This document shows positions 47,425 through 57,430 of a stretch of DNA of 64,000 nt, piece after piece (position 1 is the stretch's first letter; each line of letters starts with the position of its first letter). This DNA comes from a virus: positions 13,510 to 77,509 of IMG/VR virus record IMGVR_UViG_3300007775_000157. One strand, 5' to 3'. The notes beneath the pieces were generated by a model. That model saw nothing but the letters and a program-made list of their open reading frames with translations, did not search any database and had not been told where the DNA came from. A program made the translations under genes and the position numbers.

Positions 47425-49275
47425 TTAAATAAGTTTTTTGATATCTTCTACGATAAAACTACCGTTTTTCTTTGTTCCGTAGACCAAACAAATGGTATCT
47501 TCTTTGCATAGACCTTTTAATTTCTGGAACGAATCAGGAAAAACAACAGCGTGATCTATCGAATACGTAGAATCAGAAATGGTGAGGAAGCACATCGGCT
47601 GTCCAGGATTTCTACCCCTTTTTGTCTTTGTATGTTTGACTAAGTCTATAATAGCACAAACAACGGCACTAGTATTATTGAACATCTTTGCTACGTCAAG
47701 ACATGTATGCGTGGCCAAACTATCATCAGCATCGTCCGCTTGTGAGCAAGACAAAGAAATACCTAGGAAATGTTTTTCTGCTGTTGCATTAGCTCTGTTG
47801 GTGTCGAAAATATCTGGTTCGAGTTTTTTTGCCTTTTGTGCCATTATATTTCTTCGTCTATCGCTTGAACAAGGTGGTTTAACGACAGATTGTTGATATC
47901 CATTTTTATTGAGTATGTCTGTTATCTGTTTTTTTGTTAACTTGGTAAATGAATTAATCCAGTCATTTGAGTTTTGTTCTAATGCAAATTTAACATTTTG
48001 TTCTCCCACACATATTGCTGTATTTTGCTCTATTTTGTTTCTCATGTACGTCTGTGCAACAGAAACTAATTCGGACTTAGACATCTGTGTGATAGATTTA
48101 GATTTCTCTCCAGGTGATTCCGACATTTGTTGTAATATCTCTCTGGTTGTCATATTAGATTTTCTTAGTTTGTCAAAGAAATATTGTTTTTCTTTATCTG
48201 TTAAACCTTTTATTTCCTGTTTTTTCCCTTCGTGATCACGGGTCGTAGTCCCAAGTATAGTTTCTAACTCTCTGACCATTTCATTCCTGTGCATTCCATA
48301 ACAATCGCACGCACCAGATTTGATTAATGCTATTCCGACATTTCTATGAAAGTGAGGAACTGAAGCCAAAAAGTCTGGCCAAGTCTTGAGGCCAATTTGC
48401 TGATCAAGACTATTGTCTATCGCACCAGTAATTTTAGTGATAGCGGATTGACCAACCCCTCTGATGTGAGACAATCCATAAGCTATCCCGACAGAAGGAT
48501 TTTCTATCATTCTGAAATTAGTATTGCCTCTTCTTATGTCCGGAGGAAATACGTCAATTCCAAATAATCTAGCATCTTGAACCAATCTGTATATTTCTTC
48601 TTTGTGATCACTCTTGTACTGAGAGTATATCAAAAAACTCGTGAAAAATTCTTGGGGGAAATGACATTTTAGCCAAGAAGTCATGTACCCGGTTGTCGCA
48701 TAACATATTGCGTGAGATTTATTGAAACTGTAGCGTTGACACTTTTCAATCCAGTGGAAAATTTCTTCTGCTATGTTGCTGTCTATATTTGAATGATTTT
48801 TACATCCTTCGACAAATATGTTTTTGAGTTTTTGGATTACTTCTGGTAATTTTTTGCCAATACCTTTCCTGAGAGTGTCTGCCTCAATAGGGTTGAATCC
48901 AGCAAGGTCCGTGGCGATAGACAATGCTTGTTCTTGGTAGACCATGATACCGTGTGTGTCGCCCAGAATTGTCTCTAGTTTAGGATGAAGATAACTCGGT
49001 TTTTTTCTGCCAAATTTAATGTCGACATATTCTTGGCTTAATCCTGCTTCTAAGGGTCCAGGTCTCAAGATAGAAATCAAAACCCCAAGTTCGCTAATAC
49101 TTTTAGGCTTTACTTTCTTAGCCCAATCTTGACCAAGCTTTTTCTCCAATTGAAATATTCCTACTGTATATCCACTAGATATCAACCTCCAAACAGAGGA
49201 ACAGTCTCTTGGGATTTTCTTTATGTCGAAATTACCTTTGTCTACTACACAATTGCATTGCGAAAACTTTATCAT
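47425..49275 (-). CDS. dnaE: DNA polymerase III alpha, C-terminal half (fingers, HhH, OB)
   Basis: TVGIFQLE, LRPGPL, VYQEQ, ADTLRKGIGKK, YSFNKSHA, and OB motif KTKRG..MCFLTISD. Confidence 0.92.
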   Translation of the reverse strand: MIKFSQCNCVVDKGNFDIKKIPRDCSSVWRLISSGYTVGIFQLEKKLGQDWAKKVKPKSISELGVLISILRPGPLEAGLSQEYVDIKFGRKKPSYLHPKLETILGDTHGIMVYQEQALSIATDLAGFNPIEADTLRKGIGKKLPEVIQKLKNIFVEGCKNHSNIDSNIAEEIFHWIEKCQRYSFNKSHAICYATTGYMTSWLKCHFPQEFFTSFLIYSQYKSDHKEEIYRLVQDARLFGIDVFPPDIRRGNTNFRMIENPSVGIAYGLSHIRGVGQSAITKITGAIDNSLDQQIGLKTWPDFLASVPHFHRNVGIALIKSGACDCYGMHRNEMVRELETILGTTTRDHEGKKQEIKGLTDKEKQYFFDKLRKSNMTTREILQQMSESPGEKSKSITQMSKSELVSVAQTYMRNKIEQNTAICVGEQNVKFALEQNSNDWINSFTKLTKKQITDILNKNGYQQSVVKPPCSSDRRRNIMAQKAKKLEPDIFDTNRANATAEKHFLGISLSCSQADDADDSLATHTCLDVAKMFNNTSAVVCAIIDLVKHTKTKRGRNPGQPMCFLTISDSTYSIDHAVVFPDSFQKLKGLCKEDTICLVYGTKKNGSFIVEDIKKLI

Positions 49276-49280
49276 ACAAT

Positions 49281-49288
49281 ATTATACC
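49281..49288 (-). promoter_or_regulatory. -10-like GGTATAAT about 5 nt before the dnaE-C start (possibly leaderless)
   Basis: Intergenic TATAAT with no obvious Shine-Dalgarno sequence. Confidence 0.5.
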
Positions 49289-49315
49289 TTCAAATAACAA
49301 AACCATTTTCAGAAA

Positions 49316-50137
49316 TTAGAATTTTTCATACGCAGATGCTGTAACCCTAAGTAGATTGCCTATATCCGGAGACATTGCAGATAATCTTTGAAATTTCTGT
49401 GTTTTCACAGATTCGATTATCTGGTCTTTATGGTACTGATAATTATTAGCAAAACTTAATCCCCTAATCCCCTGATGTTCTGCTAGCCTAATATGAGTTC
49501 CATGATGATTTGATGTAACAAGAGAACTCCAGTAAGACTCAGAAAGATTCGGGGGTGGGGTACCAAGAGAAGATTCTTCTATCATTTTTAACAGAAGTTG
49601 TTCATTGAAACCTTGGCTAGGCAAATCTATTGAACCGTTTTTCAAAAGCGCTCTGTACTTACACATAATAGGTCTCATAATGTCGAACCACTCCTTTGGC
49701 TGTACTACATGAATCCCGCACACTCTTCTTGGAGCAGTTGGGCGAATAAAATTGCTGTAAGGAAGACCAGTTTTTTTACAATGATTGAGATGCTGGTCCA
49801 TGTAAGACGGTTCTTCTCTGTATATCGCCATGTCAATATCCCCTATGGATAAACATTTGAATTCATTGAATTCTTCGAGAAAAGTTAGCCATCTTAGACA
49901 TTTTATTTGTTTTCCGCTTGTAAGAAGATATTCTGGGAAAGCATTTTCTATAACGCGAAAATTCCCAGACAGAAGATTCATCATATCTTTAACATTTTGT
50001 TTAAGCTGTCTATCAACCATTACTATTTTTCTAGCTTCTGGATATGCCCTGTTCAAAAAATATAAATACCAGGGTATATACTTTTGATAAGGATCATTTG
50101 CCACAGACATAAAACACATTTCATTCGATTTGCTCAT
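49316..50137 (-). CDS. Putative glycosyltransferase (GT-A-like, DxD)
   Basis: LRW...IGDIDM...NEQLL; gene context. Confidence 0.5.
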   Translation of the reverse strand: MSKSNEMCFMSVANDPYQKYIPWYLYFLNRAYPEARKIVMVDRQLKQNVKDMMNLLSGNFRVIENAFPEYLLTSGKQIKCLRWLTFLEEFNEFKCLSIGDIDMAIYREEPSYMDQHLNHCKKTGLPYSNFIRPTAPRRVCGIHVVQPKEWFDIMRPIMCKYRALLKNGSIDLPSQGFNEQLLLKMIEESSLGTPPPNLSESYWSSLVTSNHHGTHIRLAEHQGIRGLSFANNYQYHKDQIIESVKTQKFQRLSAMSPDIGNLLRVTASAYEKF

Positions 50138-50146
50138 TTGATACTC

Positions 50147-51094
50147 CTACAAGTCTATACCCAAAGCCTTGAATTGAGAACTAATATCGGACCACATATT
50201 CTCTGTCATACCTCCGTCGTCCATCAGGCGATAATAAGATTGATATAGTCCGTATGCATTTTCAGCTATACTTTTTGTCTCATCGATATTTTTCATTGCT
50301 ATATCGCATACTTCCTCTAGATTGGATAGGTCTGGTTTTATCTCTAAATAATCTCTTCCAGCGACTAATTTGTTCATCCATTGAAAATCGTCCAAAGAAC
50401 ATGTAATAATGCACGATTTTAATCCCATACTTTCAAAATGTCTATATGTCAGAACACTGTTCCCAGGGAGACAAAGAGACACAAGAGAATTATTAATCAT
50501 TCTCAAGTACATCGGCCTAGGAACACGACCAGTTTCTACTCCAGAAATATCTCTTTCCGCTCCTGGTTCTTGTCCGACTATGCCCCCACGAAAAATAGGT
50601 TTGTCATACAGCAATCTGCAAGCATTGATTCTAAGGTTATTCTCTGTTTTTAAATCTCCCGTTGGTAGACCGTAAAACAACACACAAGATTTCTTTATGT
50701 CTGACGGTTTCGGTAAACCCCCTATCAAAAAAGGTTGCATTGTCATTCTTTTCGCATATATTCTTGGGTCATAATCGTTTGGATTTTTTGTCCACTGTAT
50801 TTTAGCAAACGCCTTTGCTTTGTTTATTACGTCATCTGGCAAACCTCTCCCGTTCATGTTCGTATTGAACGAACTCCAATCTCCAAGAGAAGTTAGGATA
50901 AGTTGTCCTTTATATTTCGACAATTCTTCTATAATTTTTTCTGGTATATGATCTACTCTCATGCAATCTAAGATATACAAGTCTGCGACAGAAGAATCTT
51001 GCGTAAAAAAATGTCCATACCTTTTTAGTGTTGGGATCAAAACTTGCATTCTCAGCTTTGCGGAGATGTGGGTAGTTACAATTTTGATTTTCAT
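50147..51094 (-). CDS. Putative glycosyltransferase (GT-B C-domain, CgeB/GT90-like)
   Basis: YLRMINNSLVSLCLPGN...YRHFE...DYLEIKPDLSNL...IAENA. Confidence 0.65.
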   Translation of the reverse strand: MKIKIVTTHISAKLRMQVLIPTLKRYGHFFTQDSSVADLYILDCMRVDHIPEKIIEELSKYKGQLILTSLGDWSSFNTNMNGRGLPDDVINKAKAFAKIQWTKNPNDYDPRIYAKRMTMQPFLIGGLPKPSDIKKSCVLFYGLPTGDLKTENNLRINACRLLYDKPIFRGGIVGQEPGAERDISGVETGRVPRPMYLRMINNSLVSLCLPGNSVLTYRHFESMGLKSCIITCSLDDFQWMNKLVAGRDYLEIKPDLSNLEEVCDIAMKNIDETKSIAENAYGLYQSYYRLMDDGGMTENMWSDISSQFKALGIDL

Positions 51095-51206
51095 CTATTC
51101 AAATCCTTCCAAGTTCTATTGTATTTAATATCGCAGACAGTGCTTGTACTCATGTCAAATTCCCTAGCTACTTCAACATTCGTTTTACCAACAGATATCA
51201 TTCTCT

Positions 51207-51806
51207 TTATTTTTTGGCGTCATTTAGATCGATCGATTTACCTTTGCGAGCAGAAATCATGTCTTTTACTTTGTGTTTCCAATTTTTATTGCATTTTATT
51301 TTACTGATAGTAGTTTTATGCACATGAAATTTTGTAGCTATATTAATGATAGATACCCCGTTTTCAATAAGCTCTATTATATCATCAACATCTTCTTCTG
51401 TTAATTTTGATCTTGGACTTTTGGACCCAGCAATAGTTTTTTCGTGCAGAATTCTATCTTGTGCATTTTCGTATGGTGTTCCATATCTCAGATTAGATAA
51501 TGCATTATGCAATTTGTTCCCATCCAAGTGTCTGGTTTCGTAATTTTTTGGAATAGGGCCAAGGAAAGCTTCTCCAACCAATCTATGTATGTTTATCTGT
51601 TTTCTTTTCTTGTGGTAGTACAAAATCACATATAAATACCCATTATTGTCAATTCTTTGTTTCAGTTTATACCATCCAATATTCTTCCTGGCTAAACTTA
51701 TGACATCCCCGTTCGTAGAAACACGGTATTTACCATTGTAACCCGGTATGTCTCTCCAAAGACACTTATCCATCGTCAATAATGGCCTTTCTGAATAAAC
51801 CTCCAA
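51207..51806 (-). mobile_element. NUMOD4-HNH homing endonuclease (frameshifted before a second HTH that would end at 51091)
   Basis: WRDIPGYNGKYRVST.G, HRLV, RHLDGNKLHN..SNL and an HTH. Confidence 0.9.
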
Positions 51807-52527
51807 GGAACGTATCGCTCTCCATTATTTGCTCTTTGGTCATAGACAAGAATTTACTGTTAGACTGTCTGAACATTTCGTGGAATAGCATACATCCAAA
51901 TGAGTCCTGAATTATGTATCTATCCATGGGTTCTTTGCCCTCGAAACGGAAAGCTTCCCATGATGCTATCGGCATCATCAATCTGTGGTCTAGGTGATGG
52001 TATCTATGTTTCGACACGGCTTGTCTAAGAATGCCGGGACCAAGAGACCCCCATTTGAATACATGTCCTGGTTTTTGAAGATTAATACAATGATCTATTA
52101 AAGAGACTGCTTTAGATATTATTAATCCATTCTTTTTAGAAACTATGAATCCACTTTCTGGTTGTCCATATTTTAGTGTTGGAGAAGCTGTCGCAACAAG
52201 GTCTATCTCATCTGTAAGTAAATTTAACATAGGTTTCAAACTTTTAAACAAAATCAAATCACTATCGAGCCAAACTCCACCGTGCTCTTTTAATAGGTGA
52301 TATCTCAGATAATTAGATTTATTGTTAATTTGAGATATCGTAAAAAATTGTTCAGATATATTTGGAAGAAATTGCTTGACGTTATCTGTATTTACCATTT
52401 TGATTTCAAAATCTTTTGAACAATGTTTTTGGATAGTGGCCCAGCAAAGCTGTATATATTCCGGGGGAGATATACACCCTGGTTTGTTATCCCAATACAA
52501 CCAAATAGATTCTTTTCTTTTATCCAT
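51766..52527 (-). CDS. Capsular polysaccharide synthesis / GT32-like glycosyltransferase
   Basis: IWLYW, SNYLRYHLL..HGGVWLDSD and LGP. Confidence 0.85.
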   Translation of the reverse strand: MDKRKESIWLYWDNKPGCISPPEYIQLCWATIQKHCSKDFEIKMVNTDNVKQFLPNISEQFFTISQINNKSNYLRYHLLKEHGGVWLDSDLILFKSLKPMLNLLTDEIDLVATASPTLKYGQPESGFIVSKKNGLIISKAVSLIDHCINLQKPGHVFKWGSLGPGILRQAVSKHRYHHLDHRLMMPIASWEAFRFEGKEPMDRYIIQDSFGCMLFHEMFRQSNSKFLSMTKEQIMESDTFLGGLFRKAIIDDG

Positions 52528-52536
52528 CGATCTTTC

Positions 52537-53112
52537 CTATCTAACAACAGACATCAAAACCATGTGTCTATTGTCTCCCATGTATATGTGAAGGTTTTTA
52601 ATATTCATTTTTTCCATTTTTTGCCTTAATTCATCTTCTTTGTGTCTCTGCGACGGACTTTTCCTGATATCAAAATCTATTAATGTATCAGAAACTTTAT
52701 TATATTCTCCGCTATCAAGCAGATCGTTAACAACTTCACATTCTGATCCTTCGCAGTTGAGCTTCAAGAACACTTTGTCGTCTTGCGATATATTGTCTCT
52801 AAACCAATCAGATGCCCTGATGAATTTACACATTGCAGTTCTGATTTCTGGATTGCAAGTAGTTTGATAATCCTTATGAACAGTTCCTCCCTGACTACCC
52901 TCGTTTTCTAGCTCCATATCACATTCCCTAGACCATAAACCAGCTTTGACGATAGTAACCTTTGGGTTGTCAGCGAATTTTGCTTCCAAAATCTTCTGAC
53001 AAGACGGAGCGGGATCGAATCCAAAGATATGATCAATCTTGAATCTAGGCCTAAGTAACATCTCTATGGTTTGTCCGTGGTGACTTCCTACATCAATAAA
53101 GATTCTTCGCAT
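52537..53112 (-). CDS. FkbM-family methyltransferase
   Basis: FIDVGSHHG, GFDP and LKLNCEGSE. Confidence 0.85.
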   Translation of the reverse strand: MRRIFIDVGSHHGQTIEMLLRPRFKIDHIFGFDPAPSCQKILEAKFADNPKVTIVKAGLWSRECDMELENEGSQGGTVHKDYQTTCNPEIRTAMCKFIRASDWFRDNISQDDKVFLKLNCEGSECEVVNDLLDSGEYNKVSDTLIDFDIRKSPSQRHKEDELRQKMEKMNIKNLHIYMGDNRHMVLMSVVR

Positions 53113-53954
53113 TACTTTCTCCAATCCGTATAGACGAATCTAGCCAAAAAGCAGTCGTTATGTATATGAAAAGCGAATTTCAATTTGTCCAACAAACCCT
53201 TCTTCCTCAGTTGTTTTAGCGCGAATTCATGATTGCTTGGGACTCCTTCTCTCAAGAATTTATATATATCCAAATACAGGTCTCCAAACTTGTCCATGAT
53301 TTCTGATCCACCAAAGAACCAATAATCGGCAAGTGCTGGATAATGCGGTGTATGTGGGTATCCCGTATGTGTGTGTTTTAGTGTTTTATCGTTCTTCTTG
53401 TCCCATCCGTGGAAAAACCAATCTTCATGTCTGATACCAGCCCCATTAGGCTGTTTCATTACGCACCAGTTGGACGCATAGAAGCTCTCTGGGTCGAACT
53501 GATCAAAGTGTACGTCCGTCATCCAGGCAACGTCAAAACGGCCTATCATGACCATATCGTACTTGAAGTTTTTCTTCTTCTCGTATTCCCTTTTCAATTG
53601 CATACACTTAAATATACTATACCATCTGGCTATGGTTATTTGAGTCTTAGAGGTTACTCCGTCTGGATAATTTTTATCCGAAATAGTCCCGTCTGTGTTG
53701 AATACGGGATCGAGTTCGAACAATGCGCCTTTTGGAGTATAGGCATCTCTGAGTTCTTGTTCGACAGAAACGCTTGGAGTGTGCATAAATACATCTACGT
53801 CGTTATGGGCAAATATGTGCTTCTTGTAATGTTCTAATCCTCTCTCCCATTCAACCGGCGTACGTTTTCCTGTCTTGCCATCCCACATTTGTCCACCGAC
53901 GACCTTTTTTCCAGGATGAGAAGCCATGCCCGTTAAACACAAGGCTATTTTCAT
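53112..53954 (-). CDS. Putative glycosyltransferase-like protein
   Basis: MKIALCLTG, DVFMHT, YDMVMIGRFD and DYWF. Confidence 0.6.
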   Translation of the reverse strand: MKIALCLTGMASHPGKKVVGGQMWDGKTGKRTPVEWERGLEHYKKHIFAHNDVDVFMHTPSVSVEQELRDAYTPKGALFELDPVFNTDGTISDKNYPDGVTSKTQITIARWYSIFKCMQLKREYEKKKNFKYDMVMIGRFDVAWMTDVHFDQFDPESFYASNWCVMKQPNGAGIRHEDWFFHGWDKKNDKTLKHTHTGYPHTPHYPALADYWFFGGSEIMDKFGDLYLDIYKFLREGVPSNHEFALKQLRKKGLLDKLKFAFHIHNDCFLARFVYTDWRK

Positions 53955-53956
53955 TA

Positions 53957-54532
53957 TTATATCCTTTCTAGTATTTTTATGATTTTTCTTTCTTCGCCGC
54001 ACGGAGTTTTATCTGAAAATTCTATTATTTCAAACAGAACTTTAAACTCTTCTACCCATTCGTAAAATGCTTTTTTCTCGTGGTCATCAAACTTTGGCTT
54101 GTGTCTATAGAACCATTCATCGAAGACTATAATTGTCCCATTTACTATGCAATCGTTCAGAGACCAGAGTATTTCTTTTGCAGAACTGTATAGGTCAGAA
54201 TCAATGTGCAATAGAGCTATGGGTTGTGATATTTTGAGATAATCTGGTATTGTATCGGAGAACCATCCAACGAAGAACTTTACTCCGTCTACATTCGGCA
54301 CAACACCTCCTGTCGAAAAATATTCTGCTGGGACGACAACCTTACCATCTTTGTCCACCCATGGCTCTGGCAATCCTTTGAAGGAATCAAAACCAAACAC
54401 AGAGAAAGATTCGTCAAGAGATTCTCTTATAGTTCTAATGGTTCCCCCTCTACAAACACCAAACTCTAAAACGTGTTTGTAGTCATTGTTGATAAGGGTC
54501 AGACCATGTTGTAAACTAGATTTGTTAGCCAT
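53957..54532 (-). CDS. TylF/MycF-family O-methyltransferase
   Basis: LEFGV..G, GFDSFKGLPE, GWFSDT, LHIDSDLYSS and FDEW. Confidence 0.85.
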   Translation of the reverse strand: MANKSSLQHGLTLINNDYKHVLEFGVCRGGTIRTIRESLDESFSVFGFDSFKGLPEPWVDKDGKVVVPAEYFSTGGVVPNVDGVKFFVGWFSDTIPDYLKISQPIALLHIDSDLYSSAKEILWSLNDCIVNGTIIVFDEWFYRHKPKFDDHEKKAFYEWVEEFKVLFEIIEFSDKTPCGEERKIIKILERI

Positions 54533-56114
54533 GAGATTGTTCCTTAAGCAGATTGTTCAACATATATTTTCCTAGATAAAACAACATTTCAGCATAGGGA
54601 GTGTGGTGTAGGCAAGCTATGTTTAAATATATTAATGCTGTTAATATTTTTACTTTATTAAGATCGTAATCATTTTTTTCTATATAAGTTCCAAGCCATT
54701 CTTCGCAATCAATAAGAGTCTGTTTTCTCATTAATTCGAAATTAACAATAGGCAAAGATTCATTTATGTCGTCTATATAATTTACTTCATACATATTGTT
54801 ATTAATAACAGAATGAGATACGATAAGTCCGTGCCACAGCTTGGCCAAGTCGTAATAAATATCTCCATATTTATCTAATCCACCAAAATCTTGTCTCCAA
54901 TCTAGCAGACAAAAGGAAGCAATTGTATCTATTATATTCTCGAAGTGCAAATCTCCATGGACCCTGCCAGTATGTCCTTCTGAAAGATGTGTCCAATCAA
55001 CCTTAGACAAAAGAGCCTCTATTGTCGGGACTCTGACACCGTTTATTACGTGCTCAGAATCCTTCTTGTCGAACCTACGGAAATATTCAGAGACTCTTGC
55101 TCTAGTCTTGTCTTCGTAGAATTTTCGATAAACTTCTATTTGTTTTTTCGATGGACACGTTTGTTTTCCCCATAGTTTTTCTATGAAGAACATAAGATTT
55201 TTCAATCTTGGGACATTTACTGTTTTAGAAAAAATTTCTCCTTCAACCATATTGTACGAATACATATGTTCTGTTTGTCCTATTATCTCAGGGACGTATC
55301 CCTCAAGCAGTTTAGCTCTTTTGACGCGATCTGATATAAAGGTTTTGTCTGTAGAAAATTTGATAACTTTGCCATTACAGAACCATATATGTTCCTGCTC
55401 TTTAGGTAGAATGTTCATGTCGTTTCCGGTAGATAAAACTTTGTTAGCGTGTTTTAGAGCGGCGGTGGTTCCTGTGTCATACCAACTAAATTCCTTCCCT
55501 TTTAACAATCCACTCTCTGCCATTGCGGACAGCGAAAAAGATTCTCCCTGATTCTTCGTACCATTTTCCAAAGCCAATCTCATTCTATCCCAAAATATCT
55601 TATAATCTTTGATGCCACAGATACCTATATATGATGGTGCTTCTGTATGTATTCCCTTTTCCTCAACTTTGCTAACCAACTGATTATCCCAGGAATCAAA
55701 CACTATCGATCTATAATCCTGGCCAGCAGGCACTGAAGCATATCCTATCCAGTTGTGGTCTGGCGGCGGTACGCTTTCTTCTACTATGGCGTCGTTCGTG
55801 AAAAAGATAAATGGACATTGGAGCATTTGTTCATAATCGCACAGGTCTGATGTTAAACCATTCCTGTTCGCCCAAACGAAGGTGAATTTTCTTTCTGGAT
55901 AAGCTAATTCTAGAAATTCTTTAACTAACTCCCCCTTGTATCCTAGGTCAATTATAATATCAACATCTTTACTAAATTTCTCTATTATATAAGACAAGAT
56001 TGGTTTGTTCGCCACCGGAACTAATGTCTTGTTAACATGGTCGCAGTGATTACCAAGTCTGGACCCAACGCCTGCTGTCGGTATTATAACTTTGTATTTT
56101 TTATTCTCTGCCAT
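54525..56114 (-). CDS. Sugar-phosphate nucleotidyltransferase fused to APH/choline-kinase-like domain
   Basis: IPTAGVGSRL..NKTL...KPIL and WYDTG; kinase motifs HGDLHFENI, LDWR and YDLAKL. Confidence 0.85.
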   Translation of the reverse strand: MAENKKYKVIIPTAGVGSRLGNHCDHVNKTLVPVANKPILSYIIEKFSKDVDIIIDLGYKGELVKEFLELAYPERKFTFVWANRNGLTSDLCDYEQMLQCPFIFFTNDAIVEESVPPPDHNWIGYASVPAGQDYRSIVFDSWDNQLVSKVEEKGIHTEAPSYIGICGIKDYKIFWDRMRLALENGTKNQGESFSLSAMAESGLLKGKEFSWYDTGTTAALKHANKVLSTGNDMNILPKEQEHIWFCNGKVIKFSTDKTFISDRVKRAKLLEGYVPEIIGQTEHMYSYNMVEGEIFSKTVNVPRLKNLMFFIEKLWGKQTCPSKKQIEVYRKFYEDKTRARVSEYFRRFDKKDSEHVINGVRVPTIEALLSKVDWTHLSEGHTGRVHGDLHFENIIDTIASFCLLDWRQDFGGLDKYGDIYYDLAKLWHGLIVSHSVINNNMYEVNYIDDINESLPIVNFELMRKQTLIDCEEWLGTYIEKNDYDLNKVKILTALIYLNIACLHHTPYAEMLFYLGKYMLNNLLKEQSHG

Positions 56115-56427
56115 AATCATCCTCCACTCTAACTACATCGTCATTTTCAGGAGTTGATGCTTCTAGATATACTGTATCTTCAAGGCCTTCCATCCTGTGA
56201 ATAGTCCCGGCATGTATTGTGTATGAGTCCCCAGGAGACAACGTGATTGTATTTTTGTCACAGGTTAGCAACAGTAGGCCACTTAAAACATATACGGTTT
56301 CTGTTTTATGTACATGGTATTGTAAACTGCACCGAGCATCTTTGTTCATATATAATTTTTTAACCATATATTTTTCCTGAACAGTAATTAGAATTTCTTT
56401 GCCCCAAGGTTTTTCCGTTATCAACAT
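56101..56427 (-). CDS. Cupin (mannose-6-phosphate isomerase type II C-terminal-like)
   Basis: EKPWG, SLQYH..KTE, HR and DVVRVEDDYGR. Confidence 0.88.
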   Translation of the reverse strand: MLITEKPWGKEILITVQEKYMVKKLYMNKDARCSLQYHVHKTETVYVLSGLLLLTCDKNTITLSPGDSYTIHAGTIHRMEGLEDTVYLEASTPENDDVVRVEDDYGRE

Positions 56428-56431
56428 AATT

Positions 56432-57430
56432 CTACCCCATAGAAAATAAATAATGTTCAATTAATAGCCACATATACTGCTGAATGGCTTTTTTTGTAGC
56501 CCAATTTCTTTCTAATAATTTCTTCATCAAACGCCTATATTCATCATCGGCAAAATGATAATGACCAGCCAACATAAGCTGTTCCATTTCGTCTTGGGAA
56601 TTTGACCACTTCTTCCAATTTCCAGATCGAACAACCAATTCCTTAAATGGTTCTATGTCTATACCATAAATAAGCGATTGTAATATAGTCGTTTCTGTTT
56701 GTATTACACCAAGTTGTGGCGCTATGTTGAATGCATCAACAATTCCATTTCTCTCTTTTATTTGTTTTTCATTGAGATAGTCTGCATTGTGTTCTTTTAA
56801 CTTAGCTCCATTTTCGTGCAATGCTTGGGCCATACTTTTTGCTAAATTTCTGTTAAAAGTTCCAGAGTTTTTATATCTAGAAACTAAACTTCCGGTTTGC
56901 ACGACATAGAATATTGGGTTTGCTATTTCTTGACAAGACTTTAGGTCTGAGACTATTCTGTCTACATTATCTTCCGGAATTCCAACGTTTTCGTCTGTTC
57001 CAATCTCAAACAATACGTCTGATCTTATATCTATCGCATAAGACATCATTTCTTTTGTCAATGAAAGTCTTTGTTTGTGAGAATCGCATTTAGCTTTGCA
57101 CAAATCTATATGTATCAAATCGAATCCATGTTCCAGGTCGTTTTTTATGGTTTTTTTTGTAGCTTCAAGATCATTGATGTTTTCCCATTTTGGACCAAAG
57201 CCAGGCCCACAGTGGTCCCTACAAATAAGCACTTGTGATCTAGGGAATTTTCTTCGTAGTTTCTCGACCATTTCCATATATTCAGATGTCGTACAAACAT
57301 ATCCACTGTCGGTATCTATCTGATTGCGAGAAGCTATCAACATTAATGGCTTATTGAAATTGTGAGAATATTTAAAGACAGATTCTATAATCTCGGCACT
57401 CATTGGTCCTATTGCAAGGTTATATGTCAA
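56432..57430 (-). CDS. GatZ/KbaZ-family protein (hexose-6-phosphate epimerase-like)
   Basis: LIASRNQID..GY, RDHCGP, GFDLIHID, EIGTDE, KEHNADY and NIAP. Confidence 0.8.
   Translation of the reverse strand: MTYNLAIGPMSAEIIESVFKYSHNFNKPLMLIASRNQIDTDSGYVCTTSEYMEMVEKLRRKFPRSQVLICRDHCGPGFGPKWENINDLEATKKTIKNDLEHGFDLIHIDLCKAKCDSHKQRLSLTKEMMSYAIDIRSDVLFEIGTDENVGIPEDNVDRIVSDLKSCQEIANPIFYVVQTGSLVSRYKNSGTFNRNLAKSMAQALHENGAKLKEHNADYLNEKQIKERNGIVDAFNIAPQLGVIQTETTILQSLIYGIDIEPFKELVVRSGNWKKWSNSQDEMEQLMLAGHYHFADDEYRRLMKKLLERNWATKKAIQQYMWLLIEHYLFSMG

Noticed and set aside
49200-49275. dnaE-C begins 'MIKF', like cyanobacterial split-intein C-fragments (MIKI...)
   Set aside because: There is no HN/C junction in the C-half and no Cys-initiated intein N-fragment at the end of dnaE-N. 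The split point also differs from the cyanobacterial one.
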